64,000 nucleotides of DNA from Dipteris shenzhenensis. Lineage: Eukaryota. Positions 26,128-41,029 of this stretch are shown in pieces. Both the position numbers and the translations under genes were made by a program. The notes below the pieces were generated by a model. That model was not told where the DNA came from. It saw only the letters and a list, made by a program, of their open reading frames with translations, and searched no databases. The stretch is taken from NCBI GenBank assembly GCA_047967505.1, contig CM106538.1, one strand, 5' to 3'. Each line of letters begins with the position of its first letter. Within the stretch, counting starts at the first letter, position 1.

Positions 26128-27227
26128 TGTTGAGAGCTGCGGAGAGCGATACTGGAGAGGAAGTCGAGGCCTTCGAAATGAACGTGAAAATGAAGGTGCT
26201 CATGTCAAGGGACACGACCGTTGTGACAGTTGAAAACCCCCACCGAGGGGGTGTCTCATGAGAGTTGCGGCTTATTAGCGTGGGTTCAAAAGATGGCTCG
26301 CGCAACGGAGCTCGGATGCTGTTGTGTGGTGTTCACACAGGGCGGACAAAGACGTGACCCCATCTTTTTTGTTTTGAGAGCCGGCTTTGCTCTGTGAGGC
26401 ACTCACACCCACCACACATCTCATGGAGAACTCTTTCCCCCCCACCTTATTTATTCGGTGCCACCTCAAGTGTGGACTCTCTGGACATCTGTGCTCTAGC
26501 AATTAGGCCACAACCCACCAATGTTTTGCATTGGCTCTCCTCCTCTTGACCAGGGCCTGGGCAGGGAGAGGGTCCTAGACAATCTTCCCTTCTACCAGAC
26601 AAGCTATGGTCCAATGATTTTTGAACGCCCTGTTTGCAGTTCAAGCATCTGCCTGGTCGAAACCCAACCTTAGGGCCTTAGCACGTGGATGGCATTAGCA
26701 TGGGTACATTTTTCATCATTATTCCCCTTCTGAGATCTAGGTTTGGGATGTAAGAGCCTACTATAGCGACAATACCAACTGCAATCTAGGTATAAGTATC
26801 TAGTTCCAATTGGCATGGTTCATCATTGAATCCCCATGGACAATGGAACTCTATCCCCATCGTATTGGCCTGCTATTTTTGGGTTACATCTATCTCTTTA
26901 CTTGCTACCTTGTGCCCCAACCCACCCCATATTACCTCCACAATGAGTCAAGATCCCCATTGCAGGTAGCTGACCAACAAGTTTGGTACATGGGGACTTG
27001 CAAACTGGTTGACAATCTTTAAGATAATGTGGAAGTCTAGTCCATGGGAACCTCCTGGACCATGGTCTCAAGACCTTGAGAACCAAAATGGGATCCCCTT
27101 TTTTAGGTGTTGGAAAGCACAAAGGGATTTTCAAATGCACAACATGGTAAGATATCAAGAGTCATATACCATTGACCTTTGAGTTCCAATCTTTTGGTTT
27201 AAGCTATTGATCTAACTTAAGCGGGCT

Positions 27228-27443
27228 GGATGTGGCAAGTATCTTGAACATTGCTAGTTAAAGTTTGGTGCAAAGGTTCTTACATGGAAAATTATTTCTC
27301 AAATCCTAAAAACATTTTCTTTTTGGGATTCAACCACATCTAGTCTTTGTTAATACCTTTTCTTATATTCATTTGATGTTAAAGTGTTGTTCATATATTC
27401 ATGGACCTTCTTGAGGGGTTCCAATCTAATCTCAACACACACA
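27228..27443 (+). repeat. Dispersed repeat ending in a CA run; second copy at ~37595-37817
   Basis: Both share gtggca..tgctagtt..aagtttggtgcaaagg..gaggggtt..aatctaatctcaacac. Confidence 0.75.
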
Positions 27444-30400
27444 AATAATGCCATTAGGGTTTGGTCACCTTGATTCCTTGAATATATGACTAACACTACA
27501 CCTTATGACTATTCTTTAGATGGCTCTATAGTGGCACTGATCTTGTGGACTTAGGTTACTATGATAATCTTCCTATTCTTGGTGGTACAAGCTACTTTGG
27601 CTCTTATCGATAATAAGGAGATTCACAAAAAGATCATCGAGCATGACCTTGAGGCAAGGTAGCAATACACTATTGCACACTCTTGGCATTGAAGAATGGT
27701 CATTGGTTCTTGTTACTAGCCGCAAGAGTACAACTAAAGCCCATTCACTCCTTTTGGAAATGGAAACTATGATCGATGAAATCATTTCCAATGATAATAT
27801 CAATGTTCGTCATCATGAAGAAATGCTTCCTAAAATTGAAAAAGCTCTATCTTCTACCATTATACCAGAAGTCACTACAGAGCCTCCATGGTTCAAAAAA
27901 ATTGTTCTTTCCTCATCTGACCAAAGTTGGATACTTTCTCCAACCTCTTATTACTTCAGTGGAATAGGTAGCAAAAGATAATCTCACCACATCACAAGGA
28001 TCATCTTGCATTCCAACCATGCCTACTAGGGAGGTGGAATTTGATGTGTCACATAAGAGCAAAATGTGGACACTTAATAATTTGAATCTATTGGCACCTT
28101 TGAGCATAGATATCCTAAAATTTTGGGATTCACTGTCTAATGTGGAAGTGGAAAAATGCAAATAGGCTGCTCTCAAAGGAGTCTCATTGATATCTTTCAA
28201 AAAGGTTAGCATTCCTTGTGCACCAATACTATCTACTACAATGGATGCAAGGAAGTGTTCTAACTCCAAAGTCCTAGTACTAGTTTGTGGAGGCTTTAAC
28301 CTAGTATAAAAAAGGTTGAAAATTACAAATCCCTTTGGTGGAACTGGTTACGGCCACTTCTCTCAACTGTGCTTGGGTTGTTGACAAATTTGGTGGCTCA
28401 CTCATTTGGGTAGACCATGTTATCTGGTATATGGTGAATTACCTAGATTTCTTTTAGCCAAATATGAGTTTAGTAGCATCTGTTACTGCATTCCTCATAT
28501 GGTTGAATGGACTTGCAAAACCATAGTTAAAACTCTTATCACTTTTATCTTTGTAAGAGAATTTATGATTCAAGGGGTTTTGGAATATGTAGAAATCCAA
28601 AGGCCAAACTTTTTTTGTCAATTGAAAGTGAGCAAGGACTTACTATGATTGAAAAGTTAATCAAACCCCCTTCCTTTTCAAGGGAAAGTACCAACCTTAT
28701 GAAGCCAAAATATGGTGGTAGAGGCAATGGAAGTGGCAATCAGGTCCCTTTCCAGGGTGCAGCCAGATCTGGAAGAAGTTACACAAGGGGGGGACGTAAT
28801 AATGGTGGTCGAGGATCTACTTTTCCTTGCCAAGACATTGTTGACGTATCCACACAACCCTCTAATAGCCCCAGTAGTGTGGTTCTAATAATTGGTGATA
28901 GTATTCCGGCCTTAGGCTCCATATCTAATAGGGGAAAAAGGCCTATGACGATCAATTATAACAATAATGTTCCTACCTTGGCAAAAAAACTCAAATGGTC
29001 ATTGGTGTGACATAGGTTCTAGGTCTTTGATGGATTCTTTTGGAAGATTGATTTTGGTAAAAAATTCTCTTAATAAAGAAACCTCTGGCATCTTGCATCT
29101 TTAATAATCCTCTTGAGTTTTAGAGAGGGTATCTCTAAGGGATAATTTATTATCTTGCTTTAACAAGTTTTATTCCAATTCAACTAATATACTTTCTAGT
29201 CTCATTTATGGATGGAAGTATGATAAACCAATAAGTTGGATACTTCTTAACTCAAAAGTAGTATTCCAAACTTTTGCATGGGAAAATGAGGAAACTATGT
29301 GTAAATGCTCTACTTTTAAATGATTTAAACCATTTACTATGGATATTGATAGGGATAACGTAAAAATGGAATCACATGTTCAAATGTTACATATTAAAAT
29401 CTTTTGAAGAAAAACTATTCGATAAACATTTTACAAGGGATTAAATCTTATCTCATGTAAACCTTGTCTTTTTGCTCCGGCCTTAAGTTCCTCAATAATT
29501 TTTGGAAGGATTTATAAACACAATGCAATTTAGTCAATAAACAATCAGCTATGCCATCTTTCTAAAATGACTGTACTAACCAACTTAAAACTTTCAAGAT
29601 TGGAAAATTCAAAAAATATGAATTCTGGTTAGACAACAAAGATGTATTGGATGAAATTGAATGTATGAAATCACATTTGTACATTTCAAGATCAGACAAA
29701 TGCTCTAATAATATGGTATTTGAATGCATTCATTGGATTTGTGGTATGGCCAGCCTTAGACTTAATGGGACATACTTTAACCCATGCCTTAGACTTAATG
29801 GGACAGACTAAGGACAGACTTCAACCCATGCATGGAAGGAAATACATGGATCATCCCAAGGTAAGTTGCCTCTAATCTCTTTAGGGATTTAATTCACCTT
29901 CTACCAAGCATGCCACCATAATCTACCTTTCATGTGTTTCAATATTTAATCCACACAAGGCATCTCATAGGTGGATTACCAATGCTCATAACTACATCTA
30001 TTCTACCCTAGCCAAACTTCTTATGAGAGTGTATACACTTATACTAGAGGTTCTAAGGGAATGGGCCCATAACAAAATCTTGATTGCTAAATCCTTTTTA
30101 AAAGGTGGATACTTCATTATTTTGGATGATCAACTCTATATTTGAGATTCTCTTAATCTACCAACAAAAATCAAATGTATCTTTTGTGCAAATATAGCTA
30201 AATGCTATGAATCTTTACCTCTATATCGGGAGGATGGATTGATTACCATACTTGCTAAGGTGGTTAGTCTAAATTTTAAGCAAAAATCCATGCATCCCTT
30301 CATCTTGACACATTTTAATGAGTCAAATGGGATATGGGGTAAACTAGAATGGTCTAAATCTATGACAAATACACAAGGTTTTATTTTGCCTAGTCTATAA

Positions 30401-31232
30401 CACAAACGTGGCTTATCACTCATTTTTTTATACAATGTGGGGATAGAGTTTGGAAACAGGTTAAAGGGATTCAAATGGGTCTTTCATGCTCCCCATTATG
30501 GTGCAATTTATATTTCTTTTGGTATGAGTCTCCTTTCATTTTAAGGCTCATGAGATTTGGTAGAGTCGACTTGTTACCACTCTTTAAACACATGTTTAGG
30601 TACATTGATGACATTCTATGTATTAACAATAATTGTATAAAATTTTTTCTTCATCCAAATGCTATCAAAGATTCATATTATCCCTTTTGGATTTATCCTT
30701 TACCTCTCATTGAGACAAAGGAAACCATTCACAAATCCATTTGTGTTTTGGATAAAGTCATAACTCTATCCACAAATTTTATGAATCTCTTTCATTGAAA
30801 TTTTGGGGGATGGCTGCTTTACAGTGGATAAGTTTGATAAAACAAAAGCACTTCCTTTTCATATATTCAGATTTATCCACTTTCAATCTAATAGACCTAT
30901 TGGCCAAGCCTACAAAATGATCCTTTCCCAAATATTTCCTATTCCCTATTTATGCAACAGTAATGCCAAAGCTTTTACAACTATTTTAGAAATGGTCAAT
31001 TTTATGACCAACAACGGTTTCAAAAAGCAAAAATTACTACACCTCATATGACATTTCCTAACATCCATGGAGTTTCTTGGCATGCTACTAAAAGTACCAA
31101 AACTGGTTTAACTCCTTGAAGGCATGATTATATATGAAGAACTTTTGGTGGTGGTGGAGAATGGTAGGCACTTCCCATAATGGGGTGTCTACCATCACTC
31201 CAATTATGGTGTAGTGCCCACTAAGGGTAGGT
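27444..31232 (+). mobile_element. Penelope-like retroelement (Naiad/Chlamys-type RT), decayed, between CA runs
   Basis: RT motifs at ~29200-31100, a decayed upstream ORF, a structured 3' end and a long (CA)n; 5' boundary inferred from the preceding CA run. Confidence 0.75.
29200..31110 (+). pseudogene. Penelope-like reverse transcriptase, frameshifted
   Basis: GWKYDKPISWILLN..CKCS; SDKCSNNMVFECIHW; RWITNAH; FWMINS; NIAKCYESLP; GIQMGLSCSPLWCNLYFFWYE; FRYIDDILCINN; IYP; FDKTKALPF..SNRP..YKMILSQ..NNGF. Confidence 0.85.
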
Positions 31233-31365
<133 letters not shown>

Positions 31366-31585
31366 TACGATCAAGAATGGATGTACTTTATAAGCCTATA
31401 CCAATAAAATGATTACGGTCAAGAATGGATGTACTTATAAGTCTATACCAATAACTTGATTTTTGGCATGGCATTTAATGAGTCAAGACTCAAAGAGATC
31501 GTGGCTTATATTGTAAATTGAGAAAAAATGGGGCAAAAGCATAAAATTAACCCCATTGAATTCATGTCAAGAATGAATTAACATT

Positions 31586-31829
31586 ATAATTGGGGTCTAA
31601 AGAGTAAATCCTTTTTCCTACCTCAAATAATAGTACAATGGTTGCATGGTGAGGTCAGTCTCTTCAATAATTGACCAAACAAACTAATTCATTCGGTTTA
31701 CAAACTTATAATTGGGGTCTAAAGAATAAATCCTTTTTCCTACCTCAAATAATAGTACAATGGTTGCATGGTGAGGTCAATCTCTTCAATAATTGACCAA
31801 ACAAACTAATTCCATCTGGTTTACAAACT
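31586..31829. repeat. Two tandem copies of a ~121-bp unit
   Basis: tataattggggtctaaaga..ggtttacaaact occurs twice. Confidence 0.85.
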
Positions 31830-33459
31830 GGGCTATCCATGGAATCCCAATATGGAATTTGGTATTCTTTGGAATACCAAGGGGCAATTAAAATGGTGGA
31901 AGCTTATCCACACACACATAATATGACGTGGAGGATGCTTATTCATCTCTCTTTAGAAGCCCAAGGGTTCTCTTTAGGAGTAAACTCTCTTTAGAAGCCC
32001 ACAATGGCGACCTTTACAAGTTGTATAAAATGGGAAGAGGTGTGGAGCTGAAACATCACGTTAACCATGCTATAAAGCAAGCCATAGCTCTTGCTTTCTC
32101 AGACTCCGTACGAAAAGGTGAATGATTTCTTCCTCATCATTTTCTCTAGCTGGGCAATGAAGAATTACTACAATCTATGCATATAGCAAGGTATGCTCAT
32201 TAGGATGCTAAAGCTCCCTTTTACATTCATGGACTGCATATATGGACCTTTTGCAAACTCATTTGCTTTGAAAGCATTAAGGTGAGCCCCTGGATCCGTA
32301 ATATCTTCACAAAGGAACATGTTTTGCTACCCGACTGCGCATAGGCCATATGCTTATAAGCATCTCCTTTTGCTCGAACATAGCTATAGCTGGTTGCCTA
32401 ATCAGTGTAGCAATCAATCTTCATGATGGCCTTATGACTCTCTCCCTATTAGCAAAAGCACTATTATAGTTGGCACACTATGCCATCATCTTGTGCTGGT
32501 AACTAGTAGAGTATGTAAGTATCAGGGTGTTGAAATGATGAATTCATAGGATAATGCATGATCTTTCTACATGAAATAGTGACCGTATTACTCTATATTC
32601 ACAACCATGGGAAGGTTTGTAGGGATTACACTGTTACATACTCTTCATGTGTTAGCTATAGGCTGCATTTATCAGAGTCGAACACTACTTTATGTTGGTG
32701 GAGTCACCATATATGCTATCACTACCTATGCATGACTAACATCGTCGCCCTAGGGCATGAAGAGTCAATCCAAGAACACTATAGACATCCTCGACTTATC
32801 GACATTCCTAGAGGAGTCAAGATGGGTTGCTTGGGCATTTCCATCACTATGGCAAGATGAGTTCGCTGACTTGTTCTCCATGCATGGGTAATAGGACAAT
32901 GGAATTTCATACTGCATATATTAAGCAATGTAAGCACGTTGCATATGCTTACATACTATGGTGCCATGTGGGTTTACATAGTGACTCCTCACTTAAAGCC
33001 ATTCACCTATGCTCTTATATCCATGAGATATGTGGTGGGATCTAGTGATATATGCAACCAGGGGATATGGTTCATTGGGCTGCCTATAGCACACCACATA
33101 TACTTGGCCTCATGAAGCCCTTCATGTGCATTTTGTTCAACATTTACGTGGGTGGCATACATTAAGCATGAGATCCTAGGCCTAGTACTTCTTTGTGCAT
33201 ACATTGCCAATCAACCAAAATATAGTCACCCATGTCTTTGGACTCCAGAGGTTTACATGGCTAATTGGTTGTATAAGCATTAGGATAGTCCCATAAGGCT
33301 TAGTGCTTTCCAACCTATGGTTCAATCCCTTGGGCTTAACTCCTTAAGTGTGAGCCTTAATTCAATAAACTTAATGATATAGGCATGACTGCATAAGCAG
33401 AGATGAATGCCACTCTTATCTACATGGTCACTCTTATTTATATGGCTAGGCTTATGAGT

Positions 33460-36400
33460 TGTTAAACGCCAAATTAGACCTACAACAGGAATTCATAATT
33501 ACAGATATATGAATAGATCATCAGACTACAGTCGACTCAAGAAAAATTGCTCTCGGAACAAAGTTGGACTGCTGGAATAGAACTACATCAGAAATAATCA
33601 TCTTCCATGAAAACATACGTGCAATGCATGAATCAATACATCAAGAATGAACATGTTGGAGTAGTTACTAACTCCCAAGAATCAATACATCAAGAATGAA
33701 CATGACCTATGACTCACCAACTACTACTTATGACCATACTTAGCTTACTTAAGACTTAGCCTAGGTGCCTAGTTAACCCTCAACACCTGGCACACGTGGT
33801 GGTTGACATTTTCTCAAAATGTTCAAGCCTCGAACCCACCATATTATTTCTATGTTCCATTCTAATGGAATTTAGTAGACTCTCTTCATGATGCAACATC
33901 TCATGAATCCAAGACTATGCTGGAAAATAGAGAGAAGAGCTTGGTGTAGTACTAAGGTTCCAACTATCTCCAAACATAGCTATCATCTAAATTACAAAAG
34001 ATAGAAATTATTGTGCAATGAAGAAAAACTAAGACATAGTGCCTAATGTGCCATTATGCACAAATACAGTATAAGTGCATCAGTGATTAAAGTTCCACCA
34101 TTTCATGGCAACATGCCAGGGCTGGGAATCGATATATAATGTCATTCATGCTAGTTCATACAAAATAAACAAATAGAACCATGCATGAATCAACATATTC
34201 ACATTCCATTGGCATGGAATGGATATATTGCTTCAATACGAACCTATCGATGAAGCTTTAACATCTGCAACATATATTGGTGTAGAGTCCTCAAAGAAAT
34301 CCTTCATTTGCCTTTGAACCATCTGCATATGACTTTGATTAAACCATTGGAATACTGAATTCAAAATTAGCTTTAATCCCTTGGCTGAATTTTGCTTTTT
34401 GTCTAGAATCTGCCATAGTCTAACTGAGATCAGCAAACTATTGTCAGACTCCAATATGACTGTCAAAATCTTTCCAATAAGAGAACATGAAAACATATCC
34501 ATAAAGCTCATACATAGCAAGAACTTGCTATCAAGATTGATTTTGAAAATAAAAGCAGAAATAGGATAATAGATAGTCGGATTGTCTTCAGACTGCAGTT
34601 GGACCGTTGAACTGTTTGTCCACATTATGCAACCTATCTGATCACTACATGCTAAATAAGATCACAACAAATACCTTAGTACTTTCAAAACTTCCCTTTA
34701 GTGAAATTAGATTGAAAATCCATCTTTTGGACAGTTTCCAACCTTTGGAATGCATTTGACTCTTGTTAAATTGCCTGGAATAGTCGGACTGCTTTATAAT
34801 TACTTGTTGAATTTTTTATTTCTGTTTTTCATTATCCCAAGCTATCATTCACTGTTTACTTTGACCTTGAACACTTACCAAGTGTCGAAATACTTTTGGT
34901 ATGAAGTAGAGGTGATTAGAGAACTCCTCCGAGCTCTTTCGGCTCCATTTTGGGCTCTTTTGGCTCTGGGTTAAGCTTCTCCATTTACCGTCATCTTTCA
35001 TCCTTTGCATTGCATAACCATTATCATAATCATCATCATCATCTTTGTTTGTATTTGTTTCTGAATTTTCAGTTTGTGCTTTTGCACTCAAATCCTTCCA
35101 AACAATTGGAACTTTGCCAACATTGGAATCTTATTGTAAACCAAAATCTGATTGCTTTTGCCATCGCTTGCATCAAAGAATTTATCTTCAAAATTAGTAA
35201 AAGTATCATAAAATATTTCGGATTGTTTATCCTTAAAGTTTGAATTTTTTGTTTGTGAAACCACTTCAATGAGTGATTCTTTCGGAACATTGTCCTCCTT
35301 TTCTTCACCCAATGATTGAGCTGAATTCAATTACATCTTGCAATTTGAACTTTGAATTTCTGTCAACACTATCGGTTGCATTTCATTTGATTTTCTTGAG
35401 ACAATTGGACCCTTAAAGCCCTCAACATTTTCTAGAAACTGATCAATAATCTGAGTATGCTCAAAAGAAAGAAGAAACTTTAATACCTCATTATCTTCAC
35501 CATCAAACAATGGTCTTCAGCCTTATTTGGATCTGGCTTCTTTTCTTTGTTGTCCTTTTCTTCATTATTTTGAATCTGAACCATCTCTGTAGCTCTTTCA
35601 TCATTACTTGTATCCTCCTCATCATTTTCAGCCTTCATGCATTTTTGAACCTTAGAAACAGATGCTTGATAATCTAGAATAACTTCTTGATTGTGTAGAA
35701 CTGATGTCAAACCATTTGCATTAATCATGTGAACAAATTGGTTGTCCAATATAGCATTCTCATCACTTGATGGACAATAGGAACTACTCAATGATATCAA
35801 CTTCTTCACATACATATTTTTCAATTTTAGTATCAACATTAGAATAGCTTTATGAAACAATGCACCATATTATGTGAGAAATTAGTGCAAAGGCAAGTAA
35901 GTTGATCTTTCACATGAGTGTCATTTATAGAGCCTCACAGCAGGGCATATCCTTCAGTCGACTATGCATTATAAGACGAGCAGGACAGTAAGACAAAACT
36001 GGTGCAATCAGATGATTAAGAGGAACATCCTTTATAACGTGATGACGGCTTGATGAAGGTTGAGGTAGCTCCACCAGGGACTTCAAAACTCAGGTAACCG
36101 GATTCTACATTGATGAAGGTAGCAAATAGACCGGCAAGATACATCACCAAGGGGCTTCTCCACAACATTGATCTGTGGGTTTGAAGTGCAAAGTTGACAG
36201 AAAGAGAGAGTTACCAGCAAAAATTCATTCGACTATAGTAGTGAAAACTGATGATCATTAATTTTCCCTCATGATTTTGTCCGACTAGCAATAGTCATGT
36301 GGGTATAAGAGTTGAGAATGAGTTCATCATCTTCTCTGCAAAATGATCCAATAGTGTGTACATCTACAAACATCCCTACCTCTTGCACTTGCAATATGTG

Positions 36401-37091
36401 GATGGCTTGAGAATGCACTGATAAGGTACAACGTAATCTTTTCAATTGAAGGAATCCCCAAAACAGCTCCAAGTGCCGTAGGAGCATCAGAATCTAGAGC
36501 TACAGTAGTTGTGGTAAATATACCATAGCAGTTGTTGTAGTCTGTTGCCAGGAACAAATCTTTGCATATCACCTCATTGTTGCGAGAGGCAAGATTTAGA
36601 GAATAAAGTTGATGAAAATTGCTCTCAAACTTTTTCCCTTTTGCGTTGGGACCGATTCCCATTGCAATTCTATTGATGCTTTCAATGGCACTTTCGTTCT
36701 TCAATTGGCATGCTGCGCTTTTGTTCTTTAATGGCTCTAAATCAACTCTATCATGTGTTTGATGATTCCATTGTAATTTGTTATAGATACCAAATCCCAT
36801 TGGGCATCAACTCATAACCAAGAGGAGCTTCTTTTGATTGCACTGACCGATGAGAGGCATTAGGTTCTGATACTTGTCGGCAGACTGCGGTTGGAATAGA
36901 ATTACACTAGAAATAATCGTCTTCCATGAAAACATACGTGCAACAATGCATGAATCAATACATCAAGAATGAACATGCTAGAGTAGTTACTAACTCCCAC
37001 ATGACCTATGACTCACCAACTACTACTTATGACCATACTTAGCTTAAGACTTAGCCTACGTGCCTAGTTTAGCCTTAACCTTTGCTCAACA
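33460..37091 (-). mobile_element. Degenerate non-autonomous LTR element (LARD-like)
   Basis: Direct repeats ~33460-33785 and ~36875-37091, both ending ctcaaca; partial Met PBS (ggttctgatac) at 36863-36873; long broken minus-strand ORFs; no TSD seen. Confidence 0.65.
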
Positions 37092-40000
37092 CTCCACAAT
37101 TTTATGGCCATTCTTCTTTAAGACCATTATGTACATAGATAAATTCTTGTATATACGTACTTGGATATTCCACTCTTCTATTTCCTTATTTGTGGCCATA
37201 ATACCCTGATTAACCTTTATCCTATTTTCATGGTGGGGTCATTTAGAAAAGTGGATTCTTGGCAAAATTTATGGGTGTAGTAATTTAATTATTCTAATAG
37301 TAAAAGGAAGGGAAATACTTCTTCCCCTTCTAAGACATCAGGGAGGCAACTCACCTTTGTGATTGGCATCTTCATTACTTTACTTTGACTTGGCATTATC
37401 TAATTGGCCATTCTTGTATTTATTTGCATATGTTGTGGTAATTTGTGTGTGCAGGGATTATGATTTTTTCCAACCCATTTATTTTCCATGGATCGATCTT
37501 TTACTGTACCTTGGACATCGATAACAAGTCCAACAATGCCATGACGCTTGTCTTCCCTTCCTATTTAAGCCATGTTCCTAACTTAAGCATGTTGGATTGT
37601 GGCAGGTATCAGTGTTGCTAGTTGAAGTTTGGTGCAAAGGTCCTTACATGGAAAATTTCCTTTTCAAATCCTAAAAATATTTCTTTTTGGGATTCAATTA
37701 CATCTAGTCTTTATAAATACCGTTTCTTATATTCATTTGATGTAAAGTGTTGTTCATTATTCTTGGACATTTTTGAGGGGTTCTAATCTAATCTCAACAC
37801 GCGTGCGTGCGCACACAACCTTCCCCTCCCCTCGGGCACCTTTGCAGTCTTAAGAGGTGTCTATGAGTTAGCTACCTGGACACTTGGCAATGGGGGAATA
37901 TTTGCCAATTGGCCATTGAATTATAACTTTACTTAGAGAATTTGGATGTATTGGATAAATGGTTATTATAATTGTTGGCACTGTGTAGTCGCAACATTAT
38001 AGACCATTGAGGCAATGGAGCATTATGGACCATAAAAATATTGGAGCATTATGGACCATGGAGCTTTAAGGTGATGGAGCGTCATGGTAATGGAGCATTA
38101 TGGATCATGAACAACTTTGCCCCTCACCTGCATAAAAAAGTGGAGTAGCGGATGCATTATGAGAGGACTTCTAGCACCAACACTTGCATCCCATAAACTT
38201 ATGGTTTTAGTACCATGTACTACCCCCTAGTGGGGAAGGTAATGGACTTTCAAGTATTCCGGTCCACCGGCTCAAGAGAAAAGACTATGAATACAAGAAG
38301 TTCAACACAGAGTCAGGAAGGCTCAATATACAGCTTGACGGAGCACGATGGAACCTGCCCGAGTTAGAATAACATGCCCATTCGGTGGATTATCTACTAT
38401 GCACTTCGAGGTCTCTAGCTCTCTCAAGCTATTGAACGTAGGAGCTTGGAGTATGGCTGGCGACACCAAACCAGGTAAGAGCTGCCTCTACGTATTAGCA
38501 ATTATCATGTTTTTTCCCATGAGTTGCAAGCTGAGCAACATTCTTGTTCCACCCGCATTTTGCAATAGAGCTCTGCAAAGCATGAGTGCCTCAACTCACA
38601 ACAGGGAATTCTTTTAACATTATCCTCGAACGGAAAGCTGACACTGGTACCTCCAAAACCTGCCCTCAGTAGGTCGGGGAGCTCTGGTTTGACTGTGTGT
38701 TGTTCACGATGGCCATCAATGGCCCCCATAGAGGCTCGAAGGGACTACAGTTCTCTATCAGAGCTCCTATATCTAGCTCTAAAACTGTTGGGTTGCACAT
38801 CTGGAGGAGTATAGAGAACCTGACTTGAAGGAAGACGTACTGTGTTGAGGGAGCCATGCTTCAGGGCCCATGTCGTAGGTGTTGAGCTCCTCCTTTGCTC
38901 ATCAATGGAAGTACTTTCCTCCCTCTTCGTAGTTTTGCTTTAACCTTTATACACCCTTATGTAGCTTGCAACTTGCTGTAGGTTCCATTACACCCTTCTT
39001 ATTGAGAAACGAAAGCTCCATGAGTGACCGTCGTATGTAGTAGCCGACTCATCGCTATAGCTGACACAGAGATATATACTATCATGAACTTTGCGTCCTC
39101 ACCGCTTGAATTGTGGTGGACAAGTTGTCTCAGCGACTTGAGCGATCTGATCCCCTAAGTCCCATGATCGTCCCTGCTGATCAATAATGGGGTTTTTCTT
39201 CTGAGTCCCCTGATCGTCCACTATGCTTCTTTGCGGCCACTACAGCTCGAGATTTGTTTGTATCCAAGGAGAGCCGGGAACCTTAATCTTCTTTCTACAG
39301 GCTTGATGTGATTGGCAAGGGAGTCTATCAAGACTGTAAGGACTCCAAGCACGCTCACCTGCTCCTACTCGAAGTATGAAACAACATGAGAATGGTGTGC
39401 CCATCATACAAGATACCTCCTTCGATCCACCTCTCGGCTTTTTCATAGACTTACCCGATTGGCCTCCCCCCACATCTTGCTTTTTCTTGTAGTTGTAATC
39501 ATCCCCTTGACCGCAAAATTCTACTACCTAGCCCAGCTCTGTACCTCTAAGTAATCGATCAAACATGAAGCTGTGACCAATTCGGCCATACGTATTAGGA
39601 GGCCTGTTCTACGGAGCGTTAAAAGTCGAGGAAGTAAACTCCGGAATGAAGCCTCCAGAGAGCCTTGTAGCAGAGAATATCATTGGCTACTACAGGATGC
39701 TCTGAGCTTGTTAAATAGCTCTGCCATTTTGCCAGTGAGTCGTGACTTCTGCAATCCAAAAGATTTTTTAGCATGAGCTAGTCTTGCAGATTGATGGAGT
39801 AGACCTTGTTAAACTGCATATAGACTACCACATATAGCTACCTTGCGAGCATTCTAAGATGCCCCCGAGGCTATGATGACTCCCCATTACCTCTATAGTA
39901 GGATATGGACCATTAGCCGCTCACAATTGACATTGTATATCGCAACAATAACGACTTCTAGTTGGTTTGCATTTAGGACCTAAGCTCTTTATAAGCAACT

Positions 40001-41029
40001 TCCGAATATATATTACAGCTTTCATACTGAGGTCGCTTGATATATATATTTTTTCATTATGAGTAATTTTGGTTAGTAAAGGTGGAATGGTTAGTCTAAA
40101 ATGGATTTACGATGTTTACAGAAAGGCTCTAAGGGTAGAAAGAGGGCTGAGAGAAAGATGCCGAGAGAAATACCACTGCTCCCTTGCAGTCATCACACTG
40201 TTAATGAAATACATGGGGTTGTTGACTTTGGCTACTTTCTAGGAGGAGACTTTTCATTAGGGGGATTTTCTAGTAGAGTTGTTTGTTGGAGACTTTTCTA
40301 CTTCCCCAAGGATCCATTATGTGTTACTATGAGTGTAGGATCCCTATGTTTGCAGGAGGTGCACCAAGGAGATTCGCCATGCGCTTGTTCTTATTGCCAG
40401 CTTGTCCTCTTCCATCTGTAGATCTTTGTGCATCTACATTTTCATCATGTTCTAGATCTCGCTACCTATGTGGCAGGCAATCTCCTTCTCTCTTATGTTG
40501 TACCCTGTAGCCTCGGCTGCCCACATGGTAGCTCTCACTGCTTCAAACATTCTATGTGACTACCGCCCATTAGTATCTATGTGGCAGCCCTTGACTTGGG
40601 AGGCCTTCTATTTATTTTGGGAGATATTTGCCTCTAGCCTTATAATGGTCCAAAACCAAGCTATCCAATGGATAAGAAATTACTCTAGTTGATGCCCTCT
40701 AGTCAAGAGTAAGATTACAAGTCAAGTTTAGAGGCATGCTATACTCTCCATAGGGAATGTCAATGGACATCCTAAATCTATGTTAATAACTAAAATTCAT
40801 GAAGCATACCGAATTATCACCCAATGCAAAAAGTCTCATATTGGATTTTATTCAATTGAGGCACATCCCTAGAAGCAAATGGTCCCCAAGGAGAGGTGTG
40901 GGAGAGGGGCACATGCGTGCGTGTGTTACATACTACTTCAATGAATCTACAGATTCTCCACTATTTCATATTCTTAGTCAAAGCTTTTCAAGGCCCTTGG
41001 CAACCATTGTTTCATCAAGACTATGCATC

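Noticed and set aside
29200-31110. TGA stops in the PLE RT as selenocysteine codons (known in some Naiads)
   Set aside because: Adjacent ORFs (30475.. and 30803..) are in different frames, there are other lesions, and vascular plants lack the Sec machinery
38170-40800. Gypsy/LINE coding remnants (also 21240-24270, 32130-33450, 52950-54100)
   Set aside because: Probably old retroelement debris, but too decayed to support a specific call by eye
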